DNA of 64,000 bases from Terriglobia bacterium (GCA_963666975.2 CAXVYR010000003.1:1024001-1088000), one strand, 5' to 3'; shown: positions 9,432 through 19,646, counted from the first letter of the stretch. Notes: generated by a model not told the origin, from the letters alone. Numbers and translations: made by a program.

Positions 9432-11433
9432 TCAACCGTCTTGAATAGCCTGAACTTGATGGCGCTCAGGCTCGTCTTCCAAAGAAACGATGGGCATCGT
9501 CGCGCCAAGGGTGGCGTGCGCAATGTCCACTAGGTGCTCGTGGTGCGTAAAGAAGAGCACCTGGGTCACTGTCCCCAGTTGCCCGAGCACCCGAAAACCT
9601 GCGGCTGCACGCTCGGCGTCGAAGTTAATGAACAGATCGTCGGCGACGAATGGGAGAGGCGGTGCCCGATCCAGGTAGTCAGTAACCGACGCAATACGGA
9701 GCGCGAGGTAAAGCTGGTCAGCGGTACCAGTGCTCATTCCGGGCACGGGTACGGCAGCGCCGTCCGGGCGCACGCCGATCAAATGTGCCCGGTCCTGATC
9801 GTCGAAATCAACGCGAAGGTTGCCGAACGAACCGCTAGTGAGCGTGGAGAAGAGCTGGCCGGCATGCTTGAGCAGGGGCGCTTGCTTCTCGCGTCGATAA
9901 CGGTCGATGGCCCATTGGAGCAGCAGGGCAGCGACGCGAACACGGGCGTACTGTTCCGCCACCGCCCGCATTTCCGCAAGAGCTTCCTGCCGGGCCGCCG
10001 CGGCGCGCGCCGCGGTATCATTGCCGCCGATGGCATCGAATGCTTGCCGGGCCGAGGTACGGTGTTCCCGGGCTTCGAGGAGACGCTCGTGCAACTCCTT
10101 CAACTCTTGCGCCAACGATGTCTCACGAGCTGAAACCTGATCCAGGTCGACGGACTTGCACTCTTCCTCCAACTCCGCGACCGAGAGGCCGTCACCTTCC
10201 GTAAGAAGCGCATTCAGGATCTGCGCCTGTTCCGCCCGTAGCACGCGCAACCGATCCGACTTCTCGATCGCAGCCTTGAGCTGATCGACATCTGTAACAC
10301 CGGCGGTTTCCTGGAGACGACCGATGACTTCGCGTGCGTCACAGCGCGCGGCCTCGCATTCCTCGATCGCCCGCTCAAGGGTGGCGATAGCCTCGTCCTT
10401 CTCCTTCTTAAGGTCCCGTAATCGCTTTGTCTCGGCAAGGCGTCGCTCCAGCTGGAGCACGGCCTCTTCGGGCTCGACCTCGGCCAGATCGGGGGCCACC
10501 GTCCCCGCTAGATGCGCGACGTCCTTGCTGAACGCGGTAACGTCGCGTTCGATCTTGCCGATGCGCTCGTGACGCAGGTCATTCACCTTGACGACGCTCG
10601 TGCGCATTTCATCGATCATATCGACCTGCACGGCAACCGCCTCAGGGTTGACAGCGAGATCGAGTCCCAGCGCATCGAGCGCGTCAGCCCACTGACTCTG
10701 CCACTCCGACCATGCCGACTCGGTCTTCTCAAACGCCTTGTGCTTGCGCTCGGCATCGGCAGCGGACTGACGATGTGCCTCATCCAATTGGCGTCGGCCT
10801 TCGACAGCCCTTTCGTGTTCGCGCAGCATATCGGCTGAGACTTCAAGGACGACAGCAAGCGATTGGCCAGCGAAGGCATCCGTGCTGGTGCTGAGCGCGG
10901 CGAGTTCGTCAAGAACGCTGGCCCGGGCCTCTGCTTCCTGACGACGCAGAACGGCTACCTGTCGCTCTGCCGTCGCCCAGCGCTCGATCGCGCTCAGCGC
11001 CTCCTTGCGTGCGGTCAACCATTCCAGCATTTCGTCTGGCACCAGAGGCTCGAAAGGCGCTTCCGACCACATCTCGCGCCACTCGGCATCGAGAGTCCGA
11101 AGTTGCTCGTCGAGCTTCTCTGCTTCCTTTCGGAGGCTGTGGAGGATCTCCTCCTGTTCCGCGATCTGGCGCGAAGTCACAGCGAGTCGGGCCGCGGCCT
11201 CGGCCTTGTCGAAGCGCAGATCGGCGAGATCGTCGGCGGAGCGCACCGACGCCTCATAAGCGTCCGCCAGTTGATCTTCGGGACCGCCAAAGGCACTAAT
11301 CTCGGCCTCGGGCACAGACATGCCGTCCACATAGCGGCGACGGATCAGCAGCCATCCGGTATCGCGGTGCTCCCGGGCCAGAGTGAGATCGTTGGGGGCG
11401 ACCGCCTCTTCGTCGTGGGCGAGCCGTTCGTAG
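9432..11433 (-). pseudogene. YhaN-like (SbcC/SMC-type) coiled-coil ATPase, C-terminal part only; 5' part removed at IS6
   Basis: Long coiled coil followed by MSTGTADQLYLALR, PFVADDLFINFD and QVLFFTHH (ABC signature, Walker B, H-loop). No Walker A; the ORF start lies within IS6. Confidence 0.85.
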
Positions 11434-12265
11434 GGATGTGTTGCAACGTTCAAAAAAACAGCAAGAGAGCGACTGGTTGGGTCGACCGAGCTCCGTCTCA
11501 TGCAGCCACCTCGAAGAGCTTGTTGATGAACTGAATCTGTCGCCGAACATGCGAACCGCTCACCCGCCTCGCCTGACCCTTCCGGATCATGTGGATGGCC
11601 TCGTATCCCTGGATCGTTCGCCGCGCCGCGTGGAATTCACGAAAGCCCTGCTTGGCTTTCACGCGTCGTTTGATCGCCCGATGATCCTGCTCCAAGATGT
11701 TGTTCAAGTATTGAACAGGCCGGTGGCGGCAACGGCGCCGCAGGATTCCTTCCTGCTTCACTCCTGAAATCGCCGCCCCGTAGAGGCGGGCTTGGTCCGT
11801 ATTGATAACCCGGGGCTGTCGATGCGACGGATCCGCCAGCGCCTTGCGGAACAGGCGTTTAGCCGTAGCGGCATCGCGCAAACCCGAGAGCATGAAGTCG
11901 ATCGTGGCGCCGGTGGAATCGATGGCTCGGTAGAGGTAGCACCAACGGCCCTTGACTCGAACGTAGGTCTCATCGACACGCCAGGACGTATTGGTTGGCT
12001 TGAGATGACGGCGCAGCCGCTCCTCCAGTGCCGTACCGTAGCGCTGGACCCAGCGCCAGATTGTCGTGTGGTCCGCTTCCAGGCCCCGCTCGCTGAGCAG
12101 TTCTTCGACATCGCGGAACGAGAGCGAGTACTGCAGATACCAGCGCACAGCGCAAAGAATCACCTCGGGCTCGGTTTGTCGCCACTTGAAGATCGCCGGT
12201 CGGATTGTCTTTTTCATGATCTCTTCAGGTTACCAGGCACCGTCGGCCAAAGTTGCAACACAACC
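11434..12265 (-). mobile_element. IS6-family insertion sequence
   Basis: IRs GGATGTGTTGCAACGTT (11434) and reverse complement GGTTGTGTTGCAACTTT (ending 12265); no flanking direct repeat. Confidence 0.9.
11498..12217 (-). CDS. IS6-family transposase
   Basis: FKWRQ...AVRWYL.YSLS, WRVDETYVRVKG.W.YLYRAID, NNILEQDHR. Confidence 0.95.
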   Translation of the reverse strand: MKKTIRPAIFKWRQTEPEVILCAVRWYLQYSLSFRDVEELLSERGLEADHTTIWRWVQRYGTALEERLRRHLKPTNTSWRVDETYVRVKGRWCYLYRAIDSTGATIDFMLSGLRDAATAKRLFRKALADPSHRQPRVINTDQARLYGAAISGVKQEGILRRRCRHRPVQYLNNILEQDHRAIKRRVKAKQGFREFHAARRTIQGYEAIHMIRKGQARRVSGSHVRRQIQFINKLFEVAA

Positions 12266-12699
12266 AACATGCTCAACGCGTCATGAATTGAGGTTAGGGA
12301 GACAACTTCATGCACCTCCATCTCGTCCGTTACCCACAGCACGCCGCGGACCTCTATTCCGCTGCCTTCCGCGATCCGCCTCAACAGTCTGTCGCCTGTC
12401 AACAGGATGCAATTCTCGATGTGTTCCGCAAGCGTCAACGCGAAACAGTCGTTCAGCTTGAGCCTGGCGTGCTCATTGAAGTAACGGGCCGCCCGCTCTA
12501 CAAGCGGTCCAGGCAAACTTCGCACGCCCAGCCCCAGGTCACTCAGCGCACGCTTTTCCGCATTGCTCAAGCACAGCCACTCATCCTCGAATAAAGTGTC
12601 GGGCATCACGAACTCGTATGGCAACCGCAACAGTGCTTCCATAAGACCGGCCTTCCTAAGGTCGATCATGCAGCTTGTGTCACTGACTACGATACGCAT
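12266..12699 (-). pseudogene. PIN-domain protein, C-terminus cut by IS6 (core probably still complete)
   Basis: MRIVVSDTSCMIDL, LNDCFALTLA, LLTGDRLLR PIN motifs; the ORF reads on into the IS6 end (stop at 12214). Confidence 0.8.
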
Positions 12700-13774
12700 T
12701 GCCTTCGGCAGGTCCTTTCAGTCCTTTTTCGATTTCTGCCAAAGGCTGTTGCAAGAGTTCACCCGCCTTGGCTGGCGTTATGAATCCTTCAGCCAGTGCC
12801 CAATAGCAAAACCTTTCAAAACGACGGGGAATTTCGTGTTCGCCTTCCTGTCCTTCTGGCTCCAGGGGGGCCGGTTCTATGGCCCGCCATTTCCTGGCGA
12901 ACGTCTGGAAAGCATAAGCAAGTGCCGATTGATCGATAATCCCCAACTGCCGCAATCGCACCAAGAGAGCCGCTGCGCTCACACGGTACATACGTTTCAG
13001 ATCGACGATTTCTTTATATCCCAGGGCGTTTCTCTGCTTTCCGATCTCCCGCACAAGATGATCTTCAGGAATAAGAAAGGCCCCGGCGAAGATGTTCGCT
13101 GCCTTCTCGGGATCAACCGGACAAGATTCATCGATCAGCCGGTGGGCCAGTTCGTGCGCGAGCGTCAATCGTCGCCTCTCAAGCGTCATCCCCTTGTTCA
13201 CCACAATCACGGGCAACCTGTTCTTCTGCCGCGGTCGGCGTACAAGACAGGTGAGCCCGGAAACACGGCCGGGCAGGGGGATGAGAAGGACTTTGATTCC
13301 CCGGTCTTCCAGCAACGAAGTCATGTTCGGGATCGGATCGATGCCTAGCTCCCACTCCTTTCGCAGATCCTGCGCCAGGATCTCTCCCTCATCTTCCTGT
13401 CCCAGAAATCGTTTGCCGTGTCGCGGAACCCTCCAAGCCCCGCTATCCGGCTCCAGGACTTCCTCGACTGCGATATATCGCTGAAGACGGTCAATAACTT
13501 CCGCCTCGACACGCGTTCGGTCCCGGGCGCTTGTGCCTGCCAGTTTCCGGAACTCGACAGCTTCAAGCTCCTCAACCTGTTCGCTGAGCAGATATTCCAA
13601 CGACACGCCAAGCGTCTTAGCCATGTGAATCAGCACGCCCGAACTTGGCATCATCTCGCCACGCTCGTATTTCCCGATGGCCTGGGCGGTTACCTCGACG
13701 CTGAGCGCACCCGCCAGCCCCCGCAACGAATACCCGGTCTTTTTCCGGGCGAGCTTAAGCCGATCTCCAAACAT
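12680..13774 (-). CDS. XRE-HTH fused to ImmA/IrrE-family Zn metallopeptidase
   Basis: N-terminal HTH (RLKLARKK...AIGKYERG), RRRLTLAHELAH HExxH, EKAANIFAGAFLIP. Confidence 0.93.
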   Translation of the reverse strand: MFGDRLKLARKKTGYSLRGLAGALSVEVTAQAIGKYERGEMMPSSGVLIHMAKTLGVSLEYLLSEQVEELEAVEFRKLAGTSARDRTRVEAEVIDRLQRYIAVEEVLEPDSGAWRVPRHGKRFLGQEDEGEILAQDLRKEWELGIDPIPNMTSLLEDRGIKVLLIPLPGRVSGLTCLVRRPRQKNRLPVIVVNKGMTLERRRLTLAHELAHRLIDESCPVDPEKAANIFAGAFLIPEDHLVREIGKQRNALGYKEIVDLKRMYRVSAAALLVRLRQLGIIDQSALAYAFQTFARKWRAIEPAPLEPEGQEGEHEIPRRFERFCYWALAEGFITPAKAGELLQQPLAEIEKGLKGPAEGNAYRSQ

Positions 13775-13806
13775 ACGTCTCCTTATCTATTAGGCTTGTA
13801 GGCTTG

Positions 13807-13846
13807 CAGTTTACACTTTTAAATCTTATAGTGGAATTGTAAACTG
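13807..13846. promoter_or_regulatory. Inverted repeat CAGTTTACA-N22-TGTAAACTG in divergent promoter region (putative operator)
   Basis: Perfect 9-bp arms at 13807-13815 and 13838-13846 in the AT-rich gap between HTH-ImmA and DUF2188. Confidence 0.55.
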
Positions 13847-13917
13847 ATGGCCGAGGCCCTGTCAACTTTGTATGGCAAGTGCTGGAGCCAGATGAAGTTT
13901 TATAAAATCAGGAGGTT

Positions 13918-14145
13918 ATGATGAGCAAGCGCAACCAGCATGTTGTTCCCCATGACGACGGATGGGCAGTACGCGGTGCCGATAGTCAGCGTGCAACGTC
14001 CATTCACCGCACGCAGCAGGACGCGATAGATGCGGGGCGCGAGATCGCCCGTAACCAGGGCAGCGAACTTTTCATTCACGGCCGCGACGGCCGCATCCGT
14101 GACCGAGATTCTCACGGGAACGATCCGTTTCCGCCGACAGGTTGA
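13918..14145 (+). CDS. DUF2188-family small protein
   Basis: HVVPHDDGWAVR...TQQDAI...ELFIHGRDGRIRDRDSHGNDP; AGGAGG RBS. Confidence 0.9.
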   Translation: MMSKRNQHVVPHDDGWAVRGADSQRATSIHRTQQDAIDAGREIARNQGSELFIHGRDGRIRDRDSHGNDPFPPTG

Positions 14146-14210
14146 AAACTCGGGAAAGGTTTCCATTGACCAAACACGACAAGCTGGGGCCGCCTATAGG
14201 CGCTACCCTA

Positions 14211-17200
14211 ATGGATCACGCCCACAGGAAAGCGAATCCTCAGACTTCTGCGCCGGAGAGGCTCCGGCGCTATGAAACAGAAGCACCCGAATCCGAAGAC
14301 CTGACGCTCTCGTTGGACGCCTTTATTCGTTCGGTCGCCGTAAGGCGTGCCACAGCCCATACGATGTTTCTGGGAGCCGGAGCGTCAGTCAGTTCCGGCG
14401 TGCCATCGGCGGAGACCTGCATCTGGGAATGGAAACGCAGCATTTTCGCGACAAATAATCCAGGTCTTGAAGACCAATTCTCCGAACTGTCCCTTCCCAG
14501 CGTCCGGAAGCGCATCCAGAGCTGGCTGGACCGCCAGGGCGGTTACCCGGCTCTCGACAGCCCAGAAGAATACAGTTTCTACATCCAATGCTGCTATCCG
14601 ATTAGCGGCGACCGCCGTGCCTATTTCCAGGAAAAGATCCGCGCGGCCAAGCCCCATGTTGGCTATCACATGCTTTGCCATTTGGCACAGGCGGGTTTCT
14701 TGCGTTCAACATGGAGTCCGAATTTCGACGGACTTGTAGCCCGCGCCTCGGCCGCTTTCGAACTGACCGCGCTTGAAGTAGGCCTCGACACACAATCGCG
14801 TCTTGTCCGACAACTGAACAAGGGCGAGATTCTTTGCGTCGCTCTTCACGGAGATTATCGCTACGACAAACTGAAAAACACGTCCAAAGAACTTCAGGAA
14901 CTGGAGACCGCGCTACAGAGTGCACTGATTGACGAACTCCAGAATACACCGTTGATCGTCGCCGGTTACAGCGGCCGTGACGAGTCAATCACAAAGACTT
15001 TCGAAGCTGCCTACGCCAAGCAGGGCACCGGGGCACTTTATTGGTGCGGCTTCAGCGACGGGGACATTCCCGATCATGTTGCTCGGCTGATCCGACGGGC
15101 ACGTGCTGCCGACCGGGACGCCTTCTACGTTCCATCCTTGGGATTTGACGATCTGATGACTAGGCTGGCTCTGCACTGTCTCGAAGGTGTCGCCCGCAAA
15201 GCGGCGCGGGAAGCCCTTGCCCAGATTGCGCCGGAAGATCTATTGAGGCGCAGCTCTTTCCAGGTCGACAGCCTCCCCACCACCACGCTCATCAAGAGCA
15301 ACGCCTTCGAAATCGAATGCCCGTCCGAACTCCTCCGGTTTGATCTCAAGAGTTGGCCGAATTCGAGCACATGGACATGGCTTCGGGAACAAACAGCCGG
15401 TCATTCGGTCGTCGCAGTTCCGCTTAGAGGCAAGATCCTCGCTGTCGGCCTCGTTGATGATGTCAGGGACATATTCGGCGACAACGTCAAGGGAGAGATC
15501 GAACGTACACCGGTAGCTCCGGAAGAATACCGATTCATGGACGGCGCAGTCGTCGGCCTCATGCGCGACTCCCTTACGGCGGCAATGGCAAGCACCATCG
15601 GCGTCAGCGCCGAGCGCTCCGTAATGTGGCTTCCTGACGTAATCAAGACGGAACAGCACGGCGGCGTGCGCTGCATTGCTCATCCATCCGTGGTCATCTT
15701 CCTCCGGCGGATCGGCGGCAAACAATATCTCGTTCTCAAACCTTCGCTCAAGGTACTTGACGGCAATGGCGATCCGGTCCCACGTGAGCTTGCCGACCCG
15801 ATCAAACTCAGCACGCTGAGCGGCCAATATAACAAGCCCTTCAACCAGGCCATGAACAGCTGGCGCAAGAAGCTGTTTCCCAAGACTGGCCGGGCAGTCT
15901 TCGAATATCCGCGCGGCTGTGGCTCGCCATTCCGCTTCAAGGTATGGCGCTCCCCTATTTTCGCGGAAATCGGCAAGGAAAGTGCCCGCGTGATCACGCC
16001 TCCGGAATCGCTCAAATCCCTGTTGAAGCATCGCGGCGTCGAACTTAACGAGCCGCGTCTTCTCTTCTCGAACCGCCAGGGCTCCCGTACGGTCACGGAT
16101 ACGCATCCAATCCGCGGCGTTGTTACGAACAGGCCATATGACTATCCCCTTACATCACGCGGCTTGCTGTCGGTGATCAAGGTTGCCATTGTCTGTCCAA
16201 GAGAGGACGCACACACACTCGCATCCTACCTCGCCAATGCCCAACGCGTCCACAGACCGGGGCACACTGAGACAGATTATCTGATCGACTATCCCGGTTT
16301 TCAGCAAGCATATGGGCTGCCGCTCAACGTGCCGCAGCCAGCAGAAGCGGGGTGGGTGACCTGTCCCGAACTGACAGAAACCGATCCTCGCCGCGCCGCT
16401 GTGGAGATCGCCAATCAGATCAATAATGCTATCCAGAGTCTACAATCGTCCTACGCGCCGCAAGTCATACTTATATTCTTTCCGGCGCGCTGGAATGCTT
16501 TTCGGGGATACAGGAGCGAACACGAACGTTTCGACGTTCACGATTTCGTCAAAGCCTTCTGCGTACAAAGGGGCGTCGCGACACAGTTCCTTAATGAGAG
16601 CACGCTTTCGGACCAGCAGCAATGCCGCGTCTGGTGGTGGCTCTCACTCGCGCTGTACGTGAAGGGCATGCGCACGCCCTGGGTGCTCGACAATCTCGGT
16701 CAAGACACGGCCTTCGTCGGCCTTGGGTTCAGTATTGATCGGACAGCAGACCGGGGCCGTCATGTCGTTCTCGGTTGCAGCCACATCTACAGCGACCGGG
16801 GAGAAGGCCTGCAATATCGTCTCAGTAAGGTCGAAGACCCGATCGTGCGGGGCCGCAATCCGTTCATGTCCAAGGATGACGCGCGCCGTGTCGGTGAGAC
16901 GATCCGGGAATTGTTCTACGAGTCCCGTGCCAAGCTTCCCCGTCGCGTCGTGCTCCATAAACGAACTCCTTTCCTGCAAGTTGAACGCGAAGGTCTGCTT
17001 GACGGTCTGGGCGGTGTTGAATGTATCGACATGCTCGAAATCCAAACAGAACACGCCTTGCGCTATGTCGCTTCGGTTAGTCGGAACGGCCGGATCGATG
17101 AAGACAACTATCCCGTCCGCCGCGGCACAGTCGTGCAGCTAGACGACTACAGTGCACTACTCTGGGTTCACGGCGCAACGCAGGCCGTCAATCCAAAGAT

Positions 17201-17441
17201 GAAGTATTTTCAGGGTAAGCGGCGAATTCCAGCGCCCCTAATCGTGCGACGGCACGTTGGACATACGGACCTTGCGCAATGTTCTGAAGAATTGCTCGGC
17301 CTGTCGAAGATGAACTGGAACACGTTTGACCTGTACACGAAGGATCCGGCCACCCTGCATTCGTCGACTGAGATCGCACGCATCGGATCTCTGCTGCAAC
17401 GTTTCGGTAGCCAGTCCTACGACTACCGGCTGTTCATATAG
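14211..17441 (+). CDS. Fused SIR2-(APAZ)-short prokaryotic Argonaute (SPARSA-type single chain)
   Basis: N-terminal SIR2 (FLGAGASVSSG, PNFD, LHGD, GYSGRD). C-terminal MID-PIWI (HDFVKA...ATQF, LALYVKG, VVLHKR, LGLSKMNWN...DYRLFI). First PIWI Asp replaced (FVGLG). Start taken at ATG 14211; the ORF is open from 14142. Confidence 0.9.
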   Translation: MDHAHRKANPQTSAPERLRRYETEAPESEDLTLSLDAFIRSVAVRRATAHTMFLGAGASVSSGVPSAETCIWEWKRSIFATNNPGLEDQFSELSLPSVRKRIQSWLDRQGGYPALDSPEEYSFYIQCCYPISGDRRAYFQEKIRAAKPHVGYHMLCHLAQAGFLRSTWSPNFDGLVARASAAFELTALEVGLDTQSRLVRQLNKGEILCVALHGDYRYDKLKNTSKELQELETALQSALIDELQNTPLIVAGYSGRDESITKTFEAAYAKQGTGALYWCGFSDGDIPDHVARLIRRARAADRDAFYVPSLGFDDLMTRLALHCLEGVARKAAREALAQIAPEDLLRRSSFQVDSLPTTTLIKSNAFEIECPSELLRFDLKSWPNSSTWTWLREQTAGHSVVAVPLRGKILAVGLVDDVRDIFGDNVKGEIERTPVAPEEYRFMDGAVVGLMRDSLTAAMASTIGVSAERSVMWLPDVIKTEQHGGVRCIAHPSVVIFLRRIGGKQYLVLKPSLKVLDGNGDPVPRELADPIKLSTLSGQYNKPFNQAMNSWRKKLFPKTGRAVFEYPRGCGSPFRFKVWRSPIFAEIGKESARVITPPESLKSLLKHRGVELNEPRLLFSNRQGSRTVTDTHPIRGVVTNRPYDYPLTSRGLLSVIKVAIVCPREDAHTLASYLANAQRVHRPGHTETDYLIDYPGFQQAYGLPLNVPQPAEAGWVTCPELTETDPRRAAVEIANQINNAIQSLQSSYAPQVILIFFPARWNAFRGYRSEHERFDVHDFVKAFCVQRGVATQFLNESTLSDQQQCRVWWWLSLALYVKGMRTPWVLDNLGQDTAFVGLGFSIDRTADRGRHVVLGCSHIYSDRGEGLQYRLSKVEDPIVRGRNPFMSKDDARRVGETIRELFYESRAKLPRRVVLHKRTPFLQVEREGLLDGLGGVECIDMLEIQTEHALRYVASVSRNGRIDEDNYPVRRGTVVQLDDYSALLWVHGATQAVNPKMKYFQGKRRIPAPLIVRRHVGHTDLAQCSEELLGLSKMNWNTFDLYTKDPATLHSSTEIARIGSLLQRFGSQSYDYRLFI

Positions 17442-17526
17442 ACGGTCGGTTAATCGTGCCGGCCTTAAGCACGCGCGATCATTGTGAGATGCTGCTCCTG
17501 ACCCAGCCATTCTTCCTCGAGGAAAC

Positions 17527-17647
17527 TGACCTGACCGGCGCTTAATGTACCAGGTGGAAAGAGAGAGAATCCACTTGAGGAGGAAGTCAGGTCATGCCAA
17601 CCCGGAATTACAAACCAGAGCAGATCGTAGGGGTATTGAAGCCTTAA
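17527..17647 (+). mobile_element. IS3-family left-end remnant
   Basis: TGACC end, GAGGAGG RBS, then MPTRNYKPEQIVGVLK* resembling the start of IS3 OrfA. Confidence 0.5.
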
Positions 17648-18119
17648 TTCTCCCACGCGTCTTAAACAAAACCACGGGAGGGGTAAGCAGCTCGACTCGC
17701 GGAACAAATTGTACGACAAGAGACTTTGTCGTGCTTTATATTACTGTGCTCCGATCCCAGCCGTAGCCGTCCGCTAGCACATCTACGCGAATAAAAACAG
17801 TAGCTACTGACCAGACCGATCTTTTGTACCAATCCTAGTGAGAGAGCTTACATCACAGCCTGGGGCTGCGAAATCAGGTTCCAGATAGGGGTATAGGCCC
17901 TTGAGTGGGAATAGCAATCTCCCGCGTATGCGATCTTCAAACAGAGTATCTACCCACGGCAGTCGCTCCCAGGAACCTCCTGCTGTGCCAAAAATGTGTC
18001 AGAAATGCAAGTCAAGCAGCCTAAAAGGGTTATGTGCTGAGCGAAAGCAGAGTCCCTGAATGGGTGTAAAGCTATGGAAAATAAGGGAGAGAGTGAAAGG
18101 AGAAGAAGAGAGGTAGCCA

Positions 18120-18159
18120 CTTGTAAGGCAGGTGCTCTAACCAACTGAGCTAACCCCCC
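18120..18159 (-). other. tRNA-Val(TAC) 5'-half fragment (att-like scar)
   Basis: Minus strand GGGGGGTTAGCTCAGTTGGTTAGAGCACCTGCCTTACAAG; stops at the anticodon loop. Confidence 0.8.
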
Positions 18160-18284
18160 CATACGTGCACCCTAACATGAGGGGTCCCGAGATTTCGTAC
18201 CAAGGTCAGGGTGAGTCTTGCGGGCTTTGCCAGCCCATCGGATCGCGGCGGGGATTGCCCCGCCGCTCTCTGATGCACGTCGCA

Positions 18285-18533
18285 CTAGGCCGCCGGCTGC
18301 GGCTCCTCTTCTTGCTGAAGCTCGAAGATGCGCGAGTGGGCCAGATCGGCCACTTTGGCAAGCAGCAACAGGTCGTTGCGACTGAAGCTCTGCGTGCTCT
18401 TCCATTGATCGTTGTCCTTGTAGAGGCGAGAGAAGGTGACATTGTGCCTCGTGCGGCCATCGGTTCCGTTCGGCCAAATCGCAGCCTTGACGCGACCGAT
18501 ACGGACTTCAGAGATGGGTTTGGGGTTAGCCAT
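18285..18533 (-). CDS. Small protein, probable PC4/Sub1-like ssDNA-binding fold
   Basis: 82 aa, RIGRVKAAIW.N...HNVTFSRLYKD...WKSTQSFSRNDLLLL, acidic tail; AGGAGG RBS. Confidence 0.7.
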   Translation of the reverse strand: MANPKPISEVRIGRVKAAIWPNGTDGRTRHNVTFSRLYKDNDQWKSTQSFSRNDLLLLAKVADLAHSRIFELQQEEEPQPAA

Positions 18534-19208
18534 GATGTGTTTCCTCCTGAAAGTTTAAGGGTTTGTGAGCGTTTCCGCTCACCCGCAAATGGCGGAAACG
18601 GCCAAACCCTGACACGGGAGGAACAGCGCCGCCAAGCCAGTGACGGGCAGGGCCGACAAGGGCAAGAGCGAGTGACAGACGCCTGCCAGGCGAGGGGACC
18701 GTTCTGGCGCGAGCCTTGCGTCGGAACAAACCGGAACCAGCGAAGGCCAGCGGCAAATGGCGCAACCCCACACCCGTTCTCCGGTCGTAGGCGGCAAGCC
18801 AGATTGGGGAATTGCAACCTGGACGGGGCACCTGGAACTTGACCGCTATCTTCCGGCGAATGGAACGCAGCGCGAAGGAAATTCCAGGATGGATTCTTGC
18901 CAAAGTGAACGGTGTGGGGCCACAAGCTTCATCGCAGCAGGAAGCCTCGCCAGGGCAACACGCGCATCAGCGGGGGAGTAGTCCCCGGCGCTTCCGCTCT
19001 CACTTTCCAGCTCGGAATATAGGGGCTTCGATCAGGTGCAGTTGCTCTGCAAACATTTGGTGCTGTGCTGCGCTACACGCTGTCTTGAAGTGCGGTGCAC
19101 GGAGACCGGCACATCAACACTGAGCCTTTTGTCGGCTCATGGGTCTTCGCCTGCTGGACGTTCTTACGTGGCTGTATGCAACCGATTGCCCTGTCAACGT
19201 GATGGGTT

Positions 19209-19646
19209 TTACCGGTCCCGCCCCGGATCGTTCCTGACCCAGATATCCCGTTCCACCGGCTCACGCTTGCAGATCGCCTCCAGGACCGCCAGTAGGTGCT
19301 CCTGCGTGATATTGGAAGGCGTGTACGGTGGCCCGTTCAGATCGAACAGGATTTCAGCTTCCGGTTCTGTCAGCCCCAGCCACCGGGAAGCCCATTCCAG
19401 TCTCTCGATATCCTCCGACTCTCCCGCCCGGCCAGCAAGTCTGTAGCGCCTATCCGTTTCAGGCTCGTATCCTGCGATGTCGGATGCCACCCGAAGCATT
19501 TTCTCCATATCGAATGCGTCCCAGGACCGCACCGCTTCGATCAGCCGGTTCACATTGTCCACCTTCAGGCTTCGCGCCGATGAAGTCACGTATTTGTCCT
19601 CTGTGGCGACCCCCGGCAGAACTGCGCTTCTCCGGTCTGGTTGCAT
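19209..19646 (-). CDS. Hypothetical protein
   Basis: 145 aa from ATG 19646 with GGAGG RBS; no recognisable motif. Confidence 0.5.
   Translation of the reverse strand: MQPDRRSAVLPGVATEDKYVTSSARSLKVDNVNRLIEAVRSWDAFDMEKMLRVASDIAGYEPETDRRYRLAGRAGESEDIERLEWASRWLGLTEPEAEILFDLNGPPYTPSNITQEHLLAVLEAICKREPVERDIWVRNDPGRDR

Noticed and set aside
14142-17441. Catalytically active long Argonaute
   Set aside because: The first PIWI Asp is replaced by Gly and the N-terminus is SIR2; this fits a short-pAgo fusion.
18120-18159. Functional tRNA-Val genes here and at 26639-26680, or split/intron-containing tRNAs
   Set aside because: No T-arm or acceptor 3' strand was found nearby on the same strand.
18165-19123. 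Overlapping 100-240-aa ORFs on both strands
   Set aside because: Low-complexity Arg/Pro/Gly translations without RBS; only 18285-18533 looks like a real gene.
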